Assembly (NCBI GenBank): GCA_047150005.1
Contig: AP038806.1
Location: forward strand, 1,184,001 to 1,248,000
Direction of reading: 5' to 3'
Source: Nitrospira sp.
GTDB lineage: Bacteria; Nitrospirota; Nitrospiria; Nitrospirales; Nitrospiraceae
Length of the DNA stretch: 64,000 bases
The notes under the pieces are model-generated. The model was not told the origin of the DNA, searched no databases, and was given only the letters and a program-made list of their open reading frames with translations. Below are positions 58,744 to 64,000 of the stretch, in pieces. Both the position numbers and the translations under genes were made by a program. Position 1 is the first letter of the stretch; each line of letters starts with the position of its first letter.

Positions 58744-59382
58744 CTATGAAGGACGGTCGTATTCACGCCGAGGCCAGTGTGACCAGAGAAAGTAACCGCC
58801 GGCCAGCACCAACAGGAGGCCGATGACGATATCGAACTGGTGAAAATAGTCATGGAGTTGATCCCACTGCTCCCCCATTTTGACACCGATGTAGGCCAGG
58901 AGATAGCACCAGGGCAACGCACCGACGAACGTGAACAGTACGAAGCGGGGGAAATTCATCGCGGCGATCCCCGCTGGTAACGAAATGAAGGTTCGGACGA
59001 CCGGCAGCATACGGCTGAATAACACGGCCGCATCACCGTATTTCTGAAACCAGCGATCGGCAAGATCAAGGTCTCTGTGCGAGACCAACATATACGGGCC
59101 ATAGCGCTCGACAAACGGCCGTCCGCCCCACACCCCGGCGTAATAGGCGACGATCGACCCGACGACGTTGCCGATGGCGCCGGCCAAAGTGACGCCGATC
59201 AAGCTGAACTGTCCGGTGGTGACGAGATACCCAGAAAACGGCATGATAATCTCGCTGGGCAACGGAATGCAGGCGCTCTCAATCGCCATCGTCAGAAAAA
59301 TGCCGCTGTACCCGAGAGAACTGATCGTATTCATGACGAAGCGGCCTAACAGTGTGACAATCGCCTCGATCAACCCTCCCAT
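58744..59382 (-). CDS. DedA family membrane protein
   Basis: ESACIPLPSE, SRMLPVVRTFISLPAG. Confidence 0.93.
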   Translation of the reverse strand: MGGLIEAIVTLLGRFVMNTISSLGYSGIFLTMAIESACIPLPSEIIMPFSGYLVTTGQFSLIGVTLAGAIGNVVGSIVAYYAGVWGGRPFVERYGPYMLVSHRDLDLADRWFQKYGDAAVLFSRMLPVVRTFISLPAGIAAMNFPRFVLFTFVGALPWCYLLAYIGVKMGEQWDQLHDYFHQFDIVIGLLLVLAGGYFLWSHWPRREYDRPS

Positions 59383-59387
59383 ATGCC

Positions 59388-60188
59388 TTACCCTCTCCTT
59401 TTCCTGATCGCACGGCTGGCCTGTGTCCAGCGATCGCTGCGTCTGAGCAGTGGTTCCCAGGCTCGGAAGCGGTCCATTGCGTCGTAGTGCGTGCTGTCGA
59501 GATGAATGGGCGTCAGTGACACCGCTCCCTCCGCGATTGCCTCATGATCCGAATCCTTGTTTCTGCTCCACGACACCCGGGTGCCTGCGATCCAGTAGTA
59601 CGTTCGGCCATGGGGATCGACTTTCTCAATGATCGGATTATCGAACCGTCGCCGGCTGAGGCAGGTCACTCGGACGTGGGTTGTGCGTGCGAGAGGGCGA
59701 TCCGGAATGTTGACATTGAGGAGCGTTTCTTCCGGCAAGCCCTGCTCAAGGACCAAACGCGCGATACGCACGGCGTGATGGGCGCCCACCGAAAAGCGAA
59801 AGGTCTCGCGACCCTCTTGCGACACCGCGATCGACGATATGCCGAGAATAGTCCCTTCGACTGCAGCGGACACGGTACCGGAGTACAACACGTCGTCACC
59901 AAGGTTCACGCCCTTGTTGATCCCTGAAACCAGGAGCTGTGGGGGCGCCGGAAGGATGTTCTGCAGTGCGAGGTTGACGCAATCGACCGGCGTTCCGTTG
60001 ACGGTGAACATACGCTTTGCCTGTCGATGGACTCTCAGTGGCTTATGCAGCGTCACGGCGTGGGCGACCGCCGTCCGCTCGCGATCCGGCGCAACGACCC
60101 ACACCTGGCCCAGCTTTTCCAGGGCCGCGGCGAGCACGGTCAGTCCCGCGGATGAAATCCCGTCGTCGTTTGTCACCAAAATGCGCAT
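59388..60188 (-). CDS. surE: 5'/3'-nucleotidase SurE
   Basis: ILVTNDDG, GTPVDCV, SGINKG.NLG..V.YSGTV. Confidence 0.96.
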   Translation of the reverse strand: MRILVTNDDGISSAGLTVLAAALEKLGQVWVVAPDRERTAVAHAVTLHKPLRVHRQAKRMFTVNGTPVDCVNLALQNILPAPPQLLVSGINKGVNLGDDVLYSGTVSAAVEGTILGISSIAVSQEGRETFRFSVGAHHAVRIARLVLEQGLPEETLLNVNIPDRPLARTTHVRVTCLSRRRFDNPIIEKVDPHGRTYYWIAGTRVSWSRNKDSDHEAIAEGAVSLTPIHLDSTHYDAMDRFRAWEPLLRRSDRWTQASRAIRKRRG

Positions 60189-60203
60189 GTGGACACCGGG
60201 CAC

Positions 60204-60227
60204 AAAAAAAGCTGCTCGTCGGCAGCT
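60204..60227 (-). terminator. Intrinsic terminator downstream of tRNA-Pro, 15 nt before surE
   Basis: Minus strand AGCTGC-cgacga-GCAGCT followed by a T run. Confidence 0.65.
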
Positions 60228-60328
60228 CAGTCGATCAGAGAGGTCCTCATGTCCGGAGCGAACCGCTGGCTCCTCCGGGTGCGCACGTATCGTCGGCGCT
60301 CAGCAGTTCACTCTGACTATTGGCTATT

Positions 60329-60405
60329 TGGTCGGGGCGAGCCGATTTGAACGGCCGACCACTCGCACCCCAAGCGAGTACGCTACCGGGCTGCGCCACG
60401 CCCCG
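60329..60405 (-). tRNA. tRNA-Pro (GGG)
   Basis: CGGGGCG acceptor stem; anticodon arm CTCGC-TT-GGG-GT-GCGAG; TTCAAAT T-loop; encoded CCA; 77 nt. Confidence 0.97.
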
Positions 60406-60489
60406 ACAGAAGCCAACATTTTCGCATTCTCTCCTCTGAGGACCTCCGATTGCAACTAGAACAGCCGGATTCTCGGAGGAAGGGTCTTC

Positions 60490-60834
60490 TCAATGAGATT
60501 CCAGGAGTTTCAAAATGGCTTGGAGACTTCCACGCAACTTCTGCGCCAATTCCTTTGGCTTCAGCCGTTGGGCGGAAACCCGGCCTCGCCTAGCCCAATA
60601 CCGTTTCACTCCCTCAAGCGTGTGGCCTTCTTCATAGAGCATCCGCTTAATCTCCAGAACGATCTCAATATCACGCCTGACATACAGTCGCTGATTCCCA
60701 CGGCTTTTTTTGGGTTTCAGAAAGGGAAACTGCGACTCCCAAAACCGCAGGACATATGCGGGTAGCTTCGTGACCTGGCTGACTTCCCCTATTTTATAGA
60801 AGACTTTGCTTCCCAGCCGGGGCTCATTCCCCAT
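60490..60834 (-). CDS. MerR-family HTH protein (ihfA-linked type)
   Basis: YKIGEVS..LRFWESQF..KP.KSRGNQRLY. Confidence 0.92.
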   Translation of the reverse strand: MGNEPRLGSKVFYKIGEVSQVTKLPAYVLRFWESQFPFLKPKKSRGNQRLYVRRDIEIVLEIKRMLYEEGHTLEGVKRYWARRGRVSAQRLKPKELAQKLRGSLQAILKLLESH

Positions 60835-60875
60835 GACCGATCCTCGTGCCAGGATTTGCGACGTGAGTAACGGGG

Positions 60876-61151
60876 TTATGAATTGACGTACTTTTTGAAT
60901 ACCTGACTGGGACGGAAGGTCACGACACGACGGGGCGTAATCCCGATTTCTTCGCCTGTTCGAGGATTTCGACCTTTTCGTGCACCTTTGCTCCTGACAA
61001 CAAAATTTCCGAAACCAGCGATCTTGACCGATTCTCCCTTTTGCAACACAGCCTTGAGCATGTTCAGCACGAGCTCTACAATGTCCGCCGCCTCATTCTT
61101 CGAAATTCCAACCTGCTTGTAGATTTCGTTCGCAATATCTGCCTTTCTCAT
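60876..61151 (-). CDS. ihfA: Integration host factor alpha subunit
   Basis: VKIAGFGNF, GRNPRTGEEI.ITPRRVVTFRPS; ihfA-merR-tRNA-Pro gene order. Confidence 0.92.
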   Translation of the reverse strand: MRKADIANEIYKQVGISKNEAADIVELVLNMLKAVLQKGESVKIAGFGNFVVRSKGARKGRNPRTGEEIGITPRRVVTFRPSQVFKKYVNS

Positions 61152-61218
61152 GCTTCCCCCTACGCAACTCCTCAGGCCGCTCGGTCAGCTCCTTCGAGCT
61201 AAAAGCTAGTTTCACCAT

Positions 61219-61247
61219 AAGTTACGTGAGGTTATGTGGGCTGTCAA
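61219..61247 (-). promoter_or_regulatory. Sigma70 promoter of ihfA
   Basis: TTGACA-N17-TAACTT on the minus strand. Confidence 0.65.
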
Positions 61248-61255
61248 GGACAAAT

Positions 61256-62923
61256 TCAGGAGGACGACTGGTCGGAAGACCGGTCTCTGGCGAGCAATTT
61301 ATACTCAATACTATCGGCCAAGGCCTGCCAACTTGCCTCCATGATGTTCTCTGAGACCCCAACCGTTCCCCACTTATCCTTGTGATCTCCAGATTCAATG
61401 AGGACACGCACCTTGGATTCCGTACCACGATTGGCGGAAAGGACCCTCACCTTATAGTCGAGTAACTTCACTTCACGGAGCTCCGGATAAAAGCGCTCCA
61501 ATGACTTCCGCAGGGCATGATCCAGAGCGTTAACGGGCCCGGCCCCTGTTCCTTGGGCATGTGCGACGGTTTCATCCACCTTGACCGTCACCGTGGCTTC
61601 AGAGCTGGAGGTCCCGTCATCTTGCTTTCTCTCGACCACCACGCGAAATCCCAGCAGCTGAAACGAAGGAGTATGGCTCCCCATGGCCTTTCGCATGAGC
61701 AGCTCGAACGAACCTTCCGCCCCTTCAAACTGATAGCCCTGATTCTCCCGTTCCTTAAGCGTTTCAACGAGCTCCCCGACCTTGGAATGATCCTTCGCAA
61801 TCGTCAGTCCGTACGACTCAATTTTTTCCAGGATGCCGCTCCGCCCGACATAGTCGGAAACAAGCATGCGTTGCCGATTGCCCACCCTCGCGGGGTCGAT
61901 ATGCTCATAGGTTGCCGGGTTCTTGAGCACAGCATGGATATGGACGCCGCCTTTATGGGCAAACGCCGCATCACCAACATAGGGCTGGTGCTTGTTGGGC
62001 ATGAGGTTGGCGATTTCTGTGACGAAGCCCGAAACGTCCTTCAGACGGCTGAGTCGATCTCCTAATGCCGGTCGCTTCATCTTCAACTGCAGATTCGGGA
62101 CAATGGAGGTGAGGTTGGCGTTTCCGCAGCGTTCTCCGATCCCGTTGATCGTCCCCTGCACCTGCGTGACCCCTGTTTCGATCGCCATGAGGGAATTGGC
62201 GACCGCCATTTCACAGTCGTTATGGGCATGGATTCCAAGAGGAATCGAGCATTCGGCTTGGACGGCACGACAGATTTCGCGGATTTCCCACGGCATCGAC
62301 CCGCCGTTCGTATCGCAGAGAATGATGCGCGCCGCACCGGCTGCCACAGCCGCACGGATCGTTTTCAGCGCATATTCGGGGTCGGCCTTGTACCCGTCGA
62401 AAAAATGCTCCGCATCATAAAAGACTCGGCGCGCTTTGGACTGCAAATATTCGATCGAGTCCTTAATGATCTCAATGTTCTTGCTCAGTGCGATGCCGAG
62501 GGCGTCCGTGACCTGGAAGGTCCAACTTTTCCCAAACAGCGTGATCGTCTGAGTGTCGGCGGAAAGCAGCGCCTGGATCGTCGGGTCTTTGTCGACAGGA
62601 TTGCTCGCTTTGCGCGTGGAACCGAACGCCACCACGCTCGCATGCTGCAGCGGGATGGTCTTGATGATGCGAAAAAACTCGATATCCTTGGGATTGGCCC
62701 CCGGCCAGCCGCCCTCGATGAAATGAACTCCCAGGTCGTCCAGCTTCTGGGCGATGCGGACCTTGTCCTCAACAGAAAAACTGACGTCCTCAGCCTGCGC
62801 ACCATCACGCAGCGTGGTGTCATAGATTTCAAGCATGGGAACCTTCGGCAGAGTCGCTAACGACACATCAGAACGATCGCCGGTCCGACGTTTGGGCTTG
62901 CGTATTGGCGGACGTTTCGGCAT
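61256..62923 (-). CDS. cimA: (R)-citramalate synthase
   Basis: YDTTLRDGAQ, EGGWPG.NPKD, DAEHFFDG, H.HND, AHKGGVH, LeuA allosteric domain. Confidence 0.92.
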   Translation of the reverse strand: MPKRPPIRKPKRRTGDRSDVSLATLPKVPMLEIYDTTLRDGAQAEDVSFSVEDKVRIAQKLDDLGVHFIEGGWPGANPKDIEFFRIIKTIPLQHASVVAFGSTRKASNPVDKDPTIQALLSADTQTITLFGKSWTFQVTDALGIALSKNIEIIKDSIEYLQSKARRVFYDAEHFFDGYKADPEYALKTIRAAVAAGAARIILCDTNGGSMPWEIREICRAVQAECSIPLGIHAHNDCEMAVANSLMAIETGVTQVQGTINGIGERCGNANLTSIVPNLQLKMKRPALGDRLSRLKDVSGFVTEIANLMPNKHQPYVGDAAFAHKGGVHIHAVLKNPATYEHIDPARVGNRQRMLVSDYVGRSGILEKIESYGLTIAKDHSKVGELVETLKERENQGYQFEGAEGSFELLMRKAMGSHTPSFQLLGFRVVVERKQDDGTSSSEATVTVKVDETVAHAQGTGAGPVNALDHALRKSLERFYPELREVKLLDYKVRVLSANRGTESKVRVLIESGDHKDKWGTVGVSENIMEASWQALADSIEYKLLARDRSSDQSSS

Positions 62924-62980
62924 GACGAGAGGGTACCAGGCGCAGGCCAATCCTGTCGAGACTCAAATCACGGCGGGGCG

Positions 62981-64000
62981 CTACTTCGACGCTCGGTCGT
63001 CATTGCGAGGCTGGTCCAGGCCGAACGCCGAGTGCAGCGACCGCATGGCCAGTTCAAGATATTTTTCATCAATAACGCAGGAGATCTTGATTTCTGAGGT
63101 GCTGATCATGATGATGTTGACACCTTCCTGCGACAGGACTTCAAACATCTTGGCGGCCACCCCCGAGTGGGAACGCATCCCCACCCCTACCAGCGAAACT
63201 TTGGCAATCGCCTCCGTGACAGAGACGGATTTGGCCCCGATGTTCTTGGCCACGTCCTGAATGAGCGGGACGGCCTTTTTCACATCCACCCGAGGAATTG
63301 TAAATGAGATGTCGGTCAAGGCGGCTTGGCTCATATTCTGAATGATCACATCAACAAGGATATTCGCCTTGGCCACCGGCCCGAAAAGACCGGCCGCGAT
63401 GCCCGGCTTGTCCGGCACCCCGACGATCGTGATCTTGGCCTGATTCCGGTCGCCCGTGACTCCGGAAACCGCGACGGCCTCCATGTCCCTGTCTTCGCGT
63501 GTCACAAGAGTCCCCTTTCCTTCCTTGAAACTCGAATTGACCTCCAGCGGGACGTTGAATTTTGCCGCAAATTCCACGGAGCGGCTCTGCAGCACTTTCG
63601 CCCCGAGGCTGGCCATTTCCAACATCTCTTCATACGAAATCTTGTCGATGCGGCATGCCGACGGCACGATATTGGGGTCGGTGGTGTAGACGCCGTCGAC
63701 GTCCGTGAAGATCACGCATCGATCGGCCTTGAGCGCCCCGGCCAATGCGACCGCCGTCAGATCGGACCCTCCGCGTCCCAGTGTCGTGACGTCCGATTGC
63801 TGGTTGATCCCCTGGAAGCCGGCCACGACGGGGATGATGCCCCTTGCCAGCGATTCGCGTATGCGCTCGGCGGTGACCTTGGTGATACGGGCCTTGGTAT
63901 GGGCACTGTCCGTCAAGATGCCGACCTGACGACCGGTGAATGATCGCGCATCGATATTGCGGCCCCGTAACGCCATCGCCAGAAGGGCGATGGTGACGCG
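62981..64000 (-). CDS. lysC: Aspartate kinase; 5' end outside window
   Basis: [27 protein letters not shown], two ACT domains (STSEIKIS). Confidence 0.96.
   Translation of the reverse strand, partial: RVTIALLAMALRGRNIDARSFTGRQVGILTDSAHTKARITKVTAERIRESLARGIIPVVAGFQGINQQSDVTTLGRGGSDLTAVALAGALKADRCVIFTDVDGVYTTDPNIVPSACRIDKISYEEMLEMASLGAKVLQSRSVEFAAKFNVPLEVNSSFKEGKGTLVTREDRDMEAVAVSGVTGDRNQAKITIVGVPDKPGIAAGLFGPVAKANILVDVIIQNMSQAALTDISFTIPRVDVKKAVPLIQDVAKNIGAKSVSVTEAIAKVSLVGVGMRSHSGVAAKMFEVLSQEGVNIIMISTSEIKISCVIDEKYLELAMRSLHSAFGLDQPRNDDRASK

Noticed and set aside
60211..60300. Guanidine-II riboswitch (two ACGA-containing loops)
   Set aside because: Loops are not G-C-closed ACGR tetraloops, spacing is too long, and downstream genes are unrelated to guanidine.
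60329..60405. tRNA-Pro as an island integration site
   Set aside because: No integrase or duplicated tRNA 3' end seen; flanking genes are housekeeping.

Overview
Bacterial chromosomal window of about 65 genes. Gene content (AlgE-family porin, two minor-pilin clusters, ihfA-merR-tRNA-Pro-surE, thrH, cimA) suggests Nitrospira/Nitrospirota; this is an inference, no search was run. The left ~20 kb is accessory and partly eroded: the end of a heavy-metal-type sensor kinase, an AT-richer glycosylation cassette with a broken SMR-type flippase, a probably non-cleavable CI/LexA-like repressor, two radical SAM enzymes, and a DUF1264-cytochrome c-outer-membrane barrel cluster followed by a 59-aa peptide with 22 His that the ORF track misses. 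The middle holds an AlgE-family porin, two tatA/B genes, a lipid A modification cluster, an M1 peptidase/TolB-like pair and ftsY-ybeY-phoH. The right part holds a type IV pilus region (sigma54-type fimT-pilVWX-pilY1 operon, PilB, a second atypical minor-pilin set, pilD) and housekeeping genes (rlmB, cysS, dedA, surE, tRNA-Pro, ihfA, cimA, lysC). No CRISPR array, rRNA, integrase or transposase was seen. Best leads: the His-rich peptide cluster with a shared upstream motif, small genes with apparent non-canonical starts, a 36-bp transaldolase relic, and a structured element between tRNA-Pro and surE.
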